64,000 bases of DNA from Candidatus Latescibacterota bacterium. GTDB taxonomy: Bacteria; Latescibacterota; UBA2968; UBA8231. Under the pieces are notes generated by a model that was not told the DNA's origin, made no database searches, and saw only the letters and a program-made list of their open reading frames with translations. Numbering within the stretch: position 1 is the stretch's first letter; every line of letters begins with the position of its first letter. Shown in pieces: positions 37,642 to 46,290 of the stretch. Position numbers and translations under genes: made by a program. The stretch spans positions 3,808,001 through 3,872,000 of the forward strand of contig OZ242318.1 of assembly GCA_965208105.1 (NCBI GenBank). Direction: 5' to 3'.

Positions 37642-38778
37642 ATGTCATTGCACAAATCTACGCCTTTTTTCCTGTGGACGCTGCTTTTTGCAAGCCCCGG
37701 AGCCGCGGCGGAGTTCAATCCCGGCGCCAATCCGCCCTATGCCGCCGCCATTCTGGTGGAAGCCGAAACCGGCACCATCCTCTTCGAACACAATGCCCAG
37801 CTCCAGCGTTCGCCCGCCAGCACGCTGAAGCTCCTCTTCCAGCTGGTGGTGATGGATTTGCTGGAGGATGGAAGGGTGGACCTGGCCGAGGAGGTGCAGG
37901 TCTCGCGGGAAGCCAGCCGCATAGGGGGATCCCAGGTTTACCTGAAACAGGGCGAGGTCTTCACCCTGGAGAAAATGATGGAGGCCATCGCCATTTCCTC
38001 GGCCAACGACGCCTGCGCCGCGGTGGCCGAACATATCGGCGGTTCGGTTGAGGGGTTCGTCGACATGATGAACGACCACGCCGGCAGGCTCGGTCTCCAC
38101 CAGACCTACTTCGTAAACGTCCACGGCCTCGACGATACTCCCAGATCCAACCGCAACCTGACCACCGCGTACGATCTCGCCCAGATCGCCCGGGCCCTGG
38201 TTCGCTACCCGCTGGCTCTCGAGTGGTCCTCCATCCGCCGCAAGCCCTTCCGCCCCGGGAAGTTCACCCTCTACAACACCAACGGGATGCTGGGAAGGTT
38301 CAGGGGTATGGACGGTCTCAAGACCGGCTATACCTCGCGTGCCGGCTCCTGCCTGGTGGCCACCGCCCAGCGCCGCAACATGCGCCTGATCTCGGTAATC
38401 CTCGGAGCCAGAAGCGAAAGGGTCCGCAAGCGCGAGACCGCCAGGATCCTGAACTGGGGATTCAACACCTACAAGCGGGTGCCCCTGGCGCAGGCCGGGG
38501 AAACCATGGGCCAGGTAGTGCTCGAATGGGGCAAGGAGCCGGGAGTGGAAGCCCAGGCCCGCGACACCGTGATCGCCATCCTCAGCTTCGAACAGGCGAA
38601 GCGGATTCAGCACTGGATCGAGCTTCCCAGCGAGTATCCAGCTCCCGTCGACGCCGGCGACGAGCTCGGAATGCTCAAAGTCTCTTTGGGGGACAGCCTC
38701 CTGGCCACCGTCGAGCTGGTGGCCGCCAGGAGCGTCGACAGCATGGGGATGTGGGAAAGACTGATGAGCTACTTTTAG
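37642..38778 (+). CDS. dacA: D-alanyl-D-alanine carboxypeptidase (peptidase S11, PBP5/6-like)
   Basis: SxxK (ASTLK), SxN (SAN), HGL and KTG motifs; PBP5-type C-terminal domain. Confidence 0.92.
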   Translation: MSLHKSTPFFLWTLLFASPGAAAEFNPGANPPYAAAILVEAETGTILFEHNAQLQRSPASTLKLLFQLVVMDLLEDGRVDLAEEVQVSREASRIGGSQVYLKQGEVFTLEKMMEAIAISSANDACAAVAEHIGGSVEGFVDMMNDHAGRLGLHQTYFVNVHGLDDTPRSNRNLTTAYDLAQIARALVRYPLALEWSSIRRKPFRPGKFTLYNTNGMLGRFRGMDGLKTGYTSRAGSCLVATAQRRNMRLISVILGARSERVRKRETARILNWGFNTYKRVPLAQAGETMGQVVLEWGKEPGVEAQARDTVIAILSFEQAKRIQHWIELPSEYPAPVDAGDELGMLKVSLGDSLLATVELVAARSVDSMGMWERLMSYF

Positions 38779-38802
38779 GCCGGCCTTCTCCAGGAGACCT
38801 CC

Positions 38803-39657
38803 ATGAGCGCTCTCACTCCCGCCCAACTCGACTTCTTCCAAACCCAGGGCTACCTGATCCTCGAGGATGTTCTCGAACCGGCGGCCTTCGCACCTCTCAT
38901 CGCCGAAATCGACGCCATCGTCGACCGGGCCGCGCGCGAGGCCCACTCCCGCGGCGAACTAGCCGATCTGCACGCCGGCCTGTCTTTCTCCAGGCGCCTG
39001 GTCCACGTCCAGTCCCAGTTGGCCGATCCCGCTGCGCTGCTGGGGCAACTCAAGGGCAAGCTCAAGACCGAGGGCATGTTCCACATCATGACCCAACCGG
39101 GCCTGCTGGACATTGTCGAATCGATTATCGGCCCCGAAATACTGGTCCACCCCCAGTACAACCTGCGCGCCAAGTTGCCCAACCAGGACGTCACCGTGGT
39201 CCCCTGGCACCAGGACCTGGGCTATTTGAAGCCCGACGCCGAAGGGACCTTCATGGTCAATTTCTGGGTACCCCTGGTCGACGCCACCGTGGAAAACGGC
39301 AGCCTGGAGATCATCGCCGGAAGCCACCGCGCCCCGCTGATCGGCCACCGCCACGGCATGGGGCCCGGCGCCAACTTCAAGGGCATCACCGATGAACACC
39401 TGCCCCCAGGCGAGCGCGTGCCTTGCCTCCTGAAGGCGGGAGGGGTGGTTGTCCTCCAGCACAAGACCATTCACCGCTCCATCCCCAACCACTCCGACCA
39501 CGTCCGCTGGAGTCTGGACCTGCGCTACAGCGATCCGGCCATGCCCAGCGGCCGCGACTACATGCCCGGCTTCATCGCCCGCAGCCGCTCCGCTCCCGAC
39601 ACCGTTGCGCAAAGCGTCGAAGACTGGCTGGCTTTGTACGAGGGCATCGAGCTGTAA
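38803..39657 (+). CDS. PhyH family dioxygenase
   Basis: FFQTQGY, VPWHQD, ENGSL..IAGSH and IHRSIPN..RWSLDLRY motifs. Confidence 0.9.
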   Translation: MSALTPAQLDFFQTQGYLILEDVLEPAAFAPLIAEIDAIVDRAAREAHSRGELADLHAGLSFSRRLVHVQSQLADPAALLGQLKGKLKTEGMFHIMTQPGLLDIVESIIGPEILVHPQYNLRAKLPNQDVTVVPWHQDLGYLKPDAEGTFMVNFWVPLVDATVENGSLEIIAGSHRAPLIGHRHGMGPGANFKGITDEHLPPGERVPCLLKAGGVVVLQHKTIHRSIPNHSDHVRWSLDLRYSDPAMPSGRDYMPGFIARSRSAPDTVAQSVEDWLALYEGIEL

Positions 39658-39697
39658 GCCGGGCCTCGCGCAACCGTGCTGTCGCGGGGGTGATTCA

Positions 39698-40360
39698 TCA
39701 GCGCCCGGAGAGCGGCATGTTGTAGCGCAGCTCGTCCAGTCCCAGCACCCCGGTGGCACGCACCCGGCGAAACTCCGCGCCCTTCTGGTACATGATGCCG
39801 AAGAATCCGCAGTGGGATAGGGCGTAGTCCAGGCCGGGCCTCCGGTCCGGGTGGGTGCAGGCGTAGTTGAGCCATTGCGAAGCTTCAACCCGCAGGTCGA
39901 TTCGGTTGAACTCCCAGTCTCCAACCCCGATGGATACCTCCTGCAGTTGCCGCCAGGTGGTCAGGTATTTGGTGTCGTCGATGTAGGCGGCGATGAACAC
40001 GTATGGCGCGTAACCCTCCGCCACGGTGATCTCCTCCAGCTCTTTCAGGTAGAAGGTGGCCGTGGTGTCGCGCAGGTCGAAGGTGGTGCTCGGAGTCCAC
40101 CAGACCGGGGTGGACTCCACGTAGAACTGGTCTGAATCCTCGCCGGGAAGAGCCAGGTATCCCCGGCTGCCCTCGGCGCCGCCCCCCTCCTGGACCAGCT
40201 CGAAGGCGTTTTCGGGGCTGGTGGAGAAGAACTCCCCATCGTAGGTGCGATTGGGCACCGGCGATGCCTGCGATCCCAACCTGGCCACCTTCTTGACCGG
40301 ATCGGGACCGTCGAAACTGTAGTGTACCTGGAAAGATCCATCTTTCAGCGAGTAGTGCAC
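39698..40360 (-). CDS. Hypothetical protein
   Basis: AAAGGAGGA RBS before GTG 40360; coding-like composition; no family recognised. Confidence 0.65.
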   Translation of the reverse strand: MHYSLKDGSFQVHYSFDGPDPVKKVARLGSQASPVPNRTYDGEFFSTSPENAFELVQEGGGAEGSRGYLALPGEDSDQFYVESTPVWWTPSTTFDLRDTTATFYLKELEEITVAEGYAPYVFIAAYIDDTKYLTTWRQLQEVSIGVGDWEFNRIDLRVEASQWLNYACTHPDRRPGLDYALSHCGFFGIMYQKGAEFRRVRATGVLGLDELRYNMPLSGR

Positions 40361-40516
40361 GGTCGCTCCTCCTTTTGTTGTCATCCACCGCGAGAACCGC
40401 CGGGGTCCCACCGCACCGCAGATGCGGCACAGTCGGCGGGTGCATCACCTGCGGCCGATGGTCGTTCCGGGCTGCGGGTATGGTGAGGCCGGCAGGGCCC
40501 CGTGTATGGCAGGTTC

Positions 40517-41662
40517 TCAGATATAGTTGGTCGAACCGTCCGGCGCCCTGCTGCTTTTGCGTTCCCAGTGAACGTAGGCGCCGGCCTTGACGGCTTCCTC
40601 ATCCACCTCCACGCCGAGGCCGGGGCGGTCGGGGCGCAGCTCCAGGAACCCGTTCACGGGCAGGTAGGGCTCGTCCAGCCAGTCCAGTGCGTTGTCCTCG
40701 TCGGGGAGCCTGTATTCCAGGATCTTGAAATTGGGAGTGGCGGCGGCGAAGTGAAGGTTGACCGCGGTGGCCAGCGGTCCCATGGGGTTGTGGGGCGCCA
40801 CCGTCACGTAGTGGGCCTGGGCGATGGCGGCGATCTTGCGCATCTCCAGCAAGCCGCCGCAGATGCAGATGTCCGGCTGTATGATATCGGCCCCGTTCCC
40901 CGACATCAGATCGAGGAATTCGAAGCGGGTGTAGAGGGACTCGCCGGTCGCCAGCGGGACCAGCATCTGGGCACGCAGCCGGGACCAGGCGTCCCTGTTT
41001 TCGGGCCTCAGCGGCTCCTCGAAGAACAGGGGATCGTATGGGGCGAGGGCGTTGGCCAGCTGCAGGGCGCGAATGGGCTCGAAAATGCGCGCGTGAGGAT
41101 CGAAGGCGATCTCCCAATCGTCCTCGGTGTGGCGCCGCAGGGCCTCGAAGTAATCGGCGGCGGCGGCGCACACCCGGCCCCAGCGGTTGGCGCTGGGGTC
41201 GAGGCGGAAGGGGCTGGTCTTGAACGCCGTGATGCCGTGGTCTTCGTTGAGCCGGCGGGCGGCGCCCGCGGCTTCCTCGCCGTCCTTTCCGCCGATGCTG
41301 CGGTAGACCTGTATGCGGTCGCGCACCGCGCCGCCCAGGAGCATGTAAACCGGCAGTCCGGCGGCCTTGCCGCTGATGTCCCACAGGGCATGGTCGAGGC
41401 CCGACATGGCCGAGAGACCGACCGCGCCCGGGGGAAACCGCATCTGCTGAAACAGCTTGAGCATGATGAATTCGATCCGCCGCGGATCTTCCCCTTTGAT
41501 CAGCTCAAAGATATAGTCCAGGGTGGGGCCGAGGGCCAGGTCGGGCCCGAAGTTGTAGCACTCCCCCCATCCATGAATGCCCTCATCGGTCTCGACCTTC
41601 ACCAGGGCGCGGGGCCGTTCTCCGGCATTGGTAGTAAAGGTCCTGATTGCGGTGATTTTCAT
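40517..41662 (-). CDS. Mandelate racemase/enolase superfamily acid-sugar dehydratase (galactonate dehydratase-like)
   Basis: VETDEGIHGWGE, ALWDISGK, DPH, FFEEP, ATGE, IIQPD and APHNP motifs. Confidence 0.9.
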   Translation of the reverse strand: MKITAIRTFTTNAGERPRALVKVETDEGIHGWGECYNFGPDLALGPTLDYIFELIKGEDPRRIEFIMLKLFQQMRFPPGAVGLSAMSGLDHALWDISGKAAGLPVYMLLGGAVRDRIQVYRSIGGKDGEEAAGAARRLNEDHGITAFKTSPFRLDPSANRWGRVCAAAADYFEALRRHTEDDWEIAFDPHARIFEPIRALQLANALAPYDPLFFEEPLRPENRDAWSRLRAQMLVPLATGESLYTRFEFLDLMSGNGADIIQPDICICGGLLEMRKIAAIAQAHYVTVAPHNPMGPLATAVNLHFAAATPNFKILEYRLPDEDNALDWLDEPYLPVNGFLELRPDRPGLGVEVDEEAVKAGAYVHWERKSSRAPDGSTNYI

Positions 41663-41849
41663 TGACTTCCTCTTGGAAAACGCGGTAAGATGACCATTGA
41701 AGATTCAGGCTCCAGACTCTCCAAAGGTAAATGAAACGCTCCCAGGAACGCCAATTAATCGAAACTGATCGGAACCGGGGAATCGATCGAGTGACCTGCC
41801 CCCGCGAAATGGTGCGCCGGGTTTCTGTTTGAAATCGGTTCTTCTCCTC

Positions 41850-41908
41850 GAATTGGCAGTAGTAGTCGAGGTGGAACAATAGGCAAGCTTGATTGCGAGC
41901 AATGCGCC
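41850..41908 (+). pseudogene. 3-prime remnant of a small lipoprotein gene (48398..48916 type)
   Basis: Encodes ELAVVVEVEQ* and its downstream sequence matches about 48884-48942 (ELVLVVEVEQ*); no upstream coding part remains. Confidence 0.7.
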
Positions 41909-42058
41909 TGCGGCCTGGGAAGAAATAAATTTGAGAGTAGGCGGAAAATTGATTTTGCGGACACTTTTCTTGGTTTTGGCCCTGCTGGATTATGCCTATT
42001 TTTTTCATGGATTCGAAATTTTGCTTCGTCCTGCACCATTCACCCGGAAGCTTGAATC

Positions 42059-42565
42059 ATGATCAGGTGTCTGTTGTGTGCATGTTTGCCCATCATTCTT
42101 CTCTACTGCGCCCGCAAGGGGGAGAATCCCCTGCCAGTAGAGCCGATCATGCCTTTACCAGACTACGATCTCGAGGCCACATCCTTAGAGTTTCGGACTG
42201 ATCCGAGCAAAGATCCTACCACTACCTTCCGTGTGGGTGAGGACCTGTGGGTGCGTTTTGCCATAAGCAACGTCGGAGTGCAACCTGTACGAAGGAAAGA
42301 CTTTAACTATTCTCTGCACCAAAATGATACAATCATCCAGCGCGCCCTGACGGAGCGGGGGACATGGCCAATCTATGATGGCCCCCCACTGGCGCCTGGG
42401 GACCAATATGAAATTTGGAAGTCGCCCCCCTATTCCCGTGAATGGACCTTTACGCAGAATCCAGGCACCTATGAGCTCAAGCTGGAAGTACTTTTACACC
42501 CTCAGTACGAGGAGCTGTTGAAAGACGACAACGTATTCACCCTGACGGTCGAGGTGAAGGAATAG
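42059..42565 (+). CDS. Small CARDB-like Ig-fold putative lipoprotein, copy A1
   Basis: Hydrophobic leader ending in Cys then xxxGENPLP; DLEAT, SNVG, LAPG and PGTYELKLEV...DDNVFTLTVEV pattern resembles CARDB. Confidence 0.7.
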   Translation: MIRCLLCACLPIILLYCARKGENPLPVEPIMPLPDYDLEATSLEFRTDPSKDPTTTFRVGEDLWVRFAISNVGVQPVRRKDFNYSLHQNDTIIQRALTERGTWPIYDGPPLAPGDQYEIWKSPPYSREWTFTQNPGTYELKLEVLLHPQYEELLKDDNVFTLTVEVKE

Positions 42566-42582
42566 GTGAGAGCACAGACCGG

Positions 42583-43986
42583 ATGACCAACCAGATTATT
42601 CATGCCCGTTCCCGCCGCCTGTTGATTTTCGTAGGCGTCGCTCTTTTGGTTCACGGCGTGTTGGTGGTGGCCATTACCTACCGCGAAGTGTTGGAGCGGC
42701 CTGAGCCCGTGCTGTCGGGCAAGTTCGTCAAGCGCCGGCCCTTGCAGCAGCCGTATCTGGAGCGCCGGGTCGAGCGGCCTGCGCCCCTGCCTGTCCTCAA
42801 GCGTTCGGTGACCGCCTCGCGTCCCTATGCGCGCTCGGCGGTTCAGTACACCCTTGCCCCGGTTCATCCCCAACTGCTCGGCGCCCGGCTCGAGGTGCCG
42901 GAGCTGCCGCCGCGCCCACTCTCTTTGGCCAGGGGCCTTCCCTCCAGCGGGCGTTTGCGCTCCCTTCCCACCGAGGTGTCGGTGCAGGCGGCGGATCACC
43001 TGGATCTGGGGCTGGAGTTGCTGGACATCGACCATCTGGATACGGGTCGCTACCGGGCCCTGGTGGTGCAGGATCCGGCTGACCGCCGCAATCTGGAAGG
43101 GTACGTGCACTTTTCGGCGGTGGCCATTCCCTCGGTGCGGCGCATGGAGGGCGAGGACTGGGGCCCGTATCCGGCACAGGCCTTAGCGCGCAGTGTGGAT
43201 CGCCATAGTGCCGTTTTACCCGATTTCCGCCACAGCGCCAACATCCGCGCCCTGGCGTCCCTGGCGGCTGAACTGGAGGAGCAGACGGGGTTGAAGGCGG
43301 TGTTGGACGAGGATCTGGACTTGCAGTCGCCGGCGGTGCTGGAGAGTCCGTTCATCCTGCTGACCAGCGGCCGCCGGTTCGAGCCGAGCGCGGAGGAGGC
43401 GGAGCAACTGGGCAGGTATCTGGTGTCGGGCGGGTTCGCCTACGTGGAGCAGGTAGGCGCGCCGGTGCTGGAGTTTTTGCATGGCACCTTCCGGGATCTG
43501 CACTCCCTGCGGGACTTGATTCGCATGGCCCTGGCAAGCCAGGGTTTGAGTGAGGGTACGGACTGGAGTTTCGAGCCCCTGGATGGCGACCATCCCCTGT
43601 TTCACAGTTACTATGATATCGACACCTTGCCGACCAACTACTGGCGGGCGGTTTACTCCGATGTGTTCGGTTATCACTCTAGGCATCCGCAAGATTGGGG
43701 CTTCCGATCTGATCCGACTTACGAGGGAATCCCGCCCTATTTGGAGGGAATTCACCTGAATGGCCGCCTGGTGCTGGTCTATTCACAGCAGAACTTCCGC
43801 GATTTCTGGCGCCGGCGTCCGGAGCGTCATTTGACCCGGGCGTCGGAGGTATTCATTTGGGATCTCAATGAGTCTCCTCTCCACCGTCCCAGCAGCGATC
43901 CGGCGATCCGGCTGGGGATCAACGTGGTGGTGTTCGCGCTGACCCAGGAAGGGTCGCTGGCGCGGCGCTATGTCAAGGCGAGGTAA
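42583..43986 (+). CDS. Membrane-anchored DUF4159 domain protein, copy 1
   Basis: N-terminal TM (ALLVHGVL); Pro-rich linker; DUF4159 motifs PFILLT, YL..GGF, HPLFHSYYD, LEGIHL.GRLVLVYS and AIRLGINVVVFALT. Confidence 0.8.
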   Translation: MTNQIIHARSRRLLIFVGVALLVHGVLVVAITYREVLERPEPVLSGKFVKRRPLQQPYLERRVERPAPLPVLKRSVTASRPYARSAVQYTLAPVHPQLLGARLEVPELPPRPLSLARGLPSSGRLRSLPTEVSVQAADHLDLGLELLDIDHLDTGRYRALVVQDPADRRNLEGYVHFSAVAIPSVRRMEGEDWGPYPAQALARSVDRHSAVLPDFRHSANIRALASLAAELEEQTGLKAVLDEDLDLQSPAVLESPFILLTSGRRFEPSAEEAEQLGRYLVSGGFAYVEQVGAPVLEFLHGTFRDLHSLRDLIRMALASQGLSEGTDWSFEPLDGDHPLFHSYYDIDTLPTNYWRAVYSDVFGYHSRHPQDWGFRSDPTYEGIPPYLEGIHLNGRLVLVYSQQNFRDFWRRRPERHLTRASEVFIWDLNESPLHRPSSDPAIRLGINVVVFALTQEGSLARRYVKAR

Positions 43987-43989
43987 ATC

Positions 43990-45675
43990 ATGATACTGAG
44001 GTGGCTCGCACTGGTCCTCCTCCTGCTGCGCCAGGGGGCGGCGGACCAGTGGGTGACCGTCGGCGCCGAGGACTTCGCCAAAGGGACCCTCAAAGGGGTG
44101 GAGGTCTCGCCTTCGGGAAAGCTGCGCCTGACCTTTTTCGAAGGAGCAAACCTGGCTCTGAAAATGGCGGCCAGGTCAGAGACCGGGGAGATCGTCCGCT
44201 CCTTCAGCGTTACCGACGGCAACCTTGCCACCGAATGGGATTTCGGCGGCAAGGCCCAGGTCATGGGCCGGACCATCGAGATTGATCTGGGCAGCAACCG
44301 CCTCGTCACCGGGGTGCGTATTCTACCCGGCAGTAAGTTGGGAAAACAGTATCCACAGTTCTATGTCAAGGGTTACCGCATCGACGTTGCCGCCGCCGAC
44401 GCCCCCGACCTCTGGATTCCGGTGGCCCAGAATCTCCTCAACCAGAACCGCTCCATCGACACCACCCTCGACCACACCTGGATGGAATTGGAGGAAGGTG
44501 CGCCCAAGCCTGTTGTTGCCCGCTACGTCCGCGTTACCGTAACGCGAGAGGATCCGCCCAACTGGGTGATCGTCGGTGAGGTGGAGGTCTACGGCACCGG
44601 ATTCACGTCCGCAGGTGAGTATACCTCGCTCCCCTACGAATTGGACTCCGAGATCTCCCATGCCAACCTGGGCACCTTGTTCTGGCGCGCAGAAGTGCCG
44701 GCTGGAACCAGGCTGAGCTGGCAGATTATTGCTTTGCGCCAGTTGCGTGCACAGCCCGATTGGAAAAGTGCACCGCTGATCGAATCAGAAGACGGCAGTG
44801 CCGGTATCGATTTGCGGTTGGAAGAGCGCGCCCGCTACGTGTGGTACAGGGTTTTGTTCGAGTCGGTCGATTCCCGCCTCAGCCCGGAACTGGAAGAGGT
44901 GGTGATCTCCTTCGATCAGAGCCTGATCGCCACTACCGCCCGCGGTTCGGTCGAGCCCCGGAGGGTAGCGGCGGGGGAGCCGGTGTCCCTTACCTACAAG
45001 GCCACCATAGGGGTCCGGCCCCATGACCACGGCGTGGATCTGCTGGTTCTCAACCGCTGGGGCGAGCTGGAGGAGCTATTGATCGACGGAACGAGAGTTC
45101 CACCAGGCGGGTATGAGATCATCGGCGACGAGTTCTCGGGTCAGAGGCCGAATCTTGCCCTGCGTCTGCACCCGGACTATCGCATTGGAGGTCGCGCGGA
45201 AATAGAGTTGAGGTTCACCACCGCGTTCCTCAAGGGGGCGGAGTTGGTGACCCTTTCCCTCGGGACTCTCGCGGAGGGAGCGGACCAGACCAACTTTCAG
45301 AAGGTCACCCTGCAGTTTTGGAATAGTACCCTGGTTGCCGTTTCCGGGGCCATGGAAAGCGTCCTGACCCCGTCCAGCGTGCGCTTCGTCCCCCGGATTT
45401 TCCGACCAGGCCCCGGTGGTGGTACCCAGCTTCACTTCGATCTGGCCAGGGTGCGGGTGCCGGTGCCGGTGAGCGTGGCTATCTTCGATCTTTCCGGGAG
45501 GCGCGTCCGTACCCTGATGGACGACACCCTGCTACAGTCGGGCCCCATTCTTGTCCCCTTTGACGGCTATGACGCCCGCGGCAGGGTGTTGCCGCCTGGC
45601 ATTTACCTGTGCCGCATCGAGGTCAGTGCTCAGCGCAAATTTACCGTGCTTCGCACACTCGGCATAGCCTATTGA
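43990..45675 (+). CDS. Secreted protein with discoidin (F5/8C)-like N-terminal and FlgD-Ig C-terminal domains, copy 1
   Basis: Signal peptide; DGNLATEW..IEIDLG..ARYVRV..EVEVYG; C-terminal IFDLSGRRVRTL..FDGYD..G..LPPGIYL. Confidence 0.75.
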   Translation: MILRWLALVLLLLRQGAADQWVTVGAEDFAKGTLKGVEVSPSGKLRLTFFEGANLALKMAARSETGEIVRSFSVTDGNLATEWDFGGKAQVMGRTIEIDLGSNRLVTGVRILPGSKLGKQYPQFYVKGYRIDVAAADAPDLWIPVAQNLLNQNRSIDTTLDHTWMELEEGAPKPVVARYVRVTVTREDPPNWVIVGEVEVYGTGFTSAGEYTSLPYELDSEISHANLGTLFWRAEVPAGTRLSWQIIALRQLRAQPDWKSAPLIESEDGSAGIDLRLEERARYVWYRVLFESVDSRLSPELEEVVISFDQSLIATTARGSVEPRRVAAGEPVSLTYKATIGVRPHDHGVDLLVLNRWGELEELLIDGTRVPPGGYEIIGDEFSGQRPNLALRLHPDYRIGGRAEIELRFTTAFLKGAELVTLSLGTLAEGADQTNFQKVTLQFWNSTLVAVSGAMESVLTPSSVRFVPRIFRPGPGGGTQLHFDLARVRVPVPVSVAIFDLSGRRVRTLMDDTLLQSGPILVPFDGYDARGRVLPPGIYLCRIEVSAQRKFTVLRTLGIAY

Positions 45676-45766
45676 GCAGGAGGGAACCGCTGAAAGGTTT
45701 GCATATCTTCAATCAAGGACTCGAAACTGTGCCTCGTACTGCGCCCGATGCAGGGAGGTAGAAATC

Positions 45767-46273
45767 ATGATCAGGTGTCTGTTATGGACATGTTTGTCGA
45801 TCTTTCTTTTGCACTGCTCTCGTCAGGGCAAGAATCCTCTGCCCCTGACCCCGACCATGGCTATCCCGGACCATGATCTCGAGGCCACATACTTAGAGTT
45901 TCGGACTGATCCGCGCGAAGATCCTACCACTGCCTTTCGTGTGGGGCAGGACGTGTGGGTGCGTTTCGCCATAAGCAACGTCGGAGTGCGCCCTGTACGA
46001 AGGAAAGACTTTAACTATTCTCTGCACCAAAATGATACAATCATCCAGCACGCCCTGACGGAGCGGGGGACCTGGCCAATCTATGATGGCCCCCAACTGG
46101 CGCCTGGGGACCAATATGAAATTTGGAAGTCGCCCCCCTATTCCCGTGAATGGACCTTTACGCAGAATCCAGGCACCTATGAGCTCAAGCTGGAAGTATT
46201 TCTGCACCCTCGGTACGATGAGCAGTTCACAGACGACAACGTTTTCATCCTGACGGTCGAAGTGAAGGAATAG
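45767..46273 (+). CDS. Small CARDB-like putative lipoprotein, copy A2
   Basis: GGAGG RBS; paralog of 42059..42565 with a near-identical central block. Confidence 0.7.
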   Translation: MIRCLLWTCLSIFLLHCSRQGKNPLPLTPTMAIPDHDLEATYLEFRTDPREDPTTAFRVGQDVWVRFAISNVGVRPVRRKDFNYSLHQNDTIIQHALTERGTWPIYDGPQLAPGDQYEIWKSPPYSREWTFTQNPGTYELKLEVFLHPRYDEQFTDDNVFILTVEVKE

Positions 46274-46290
46274 ATGAGAGCACAGACCGG

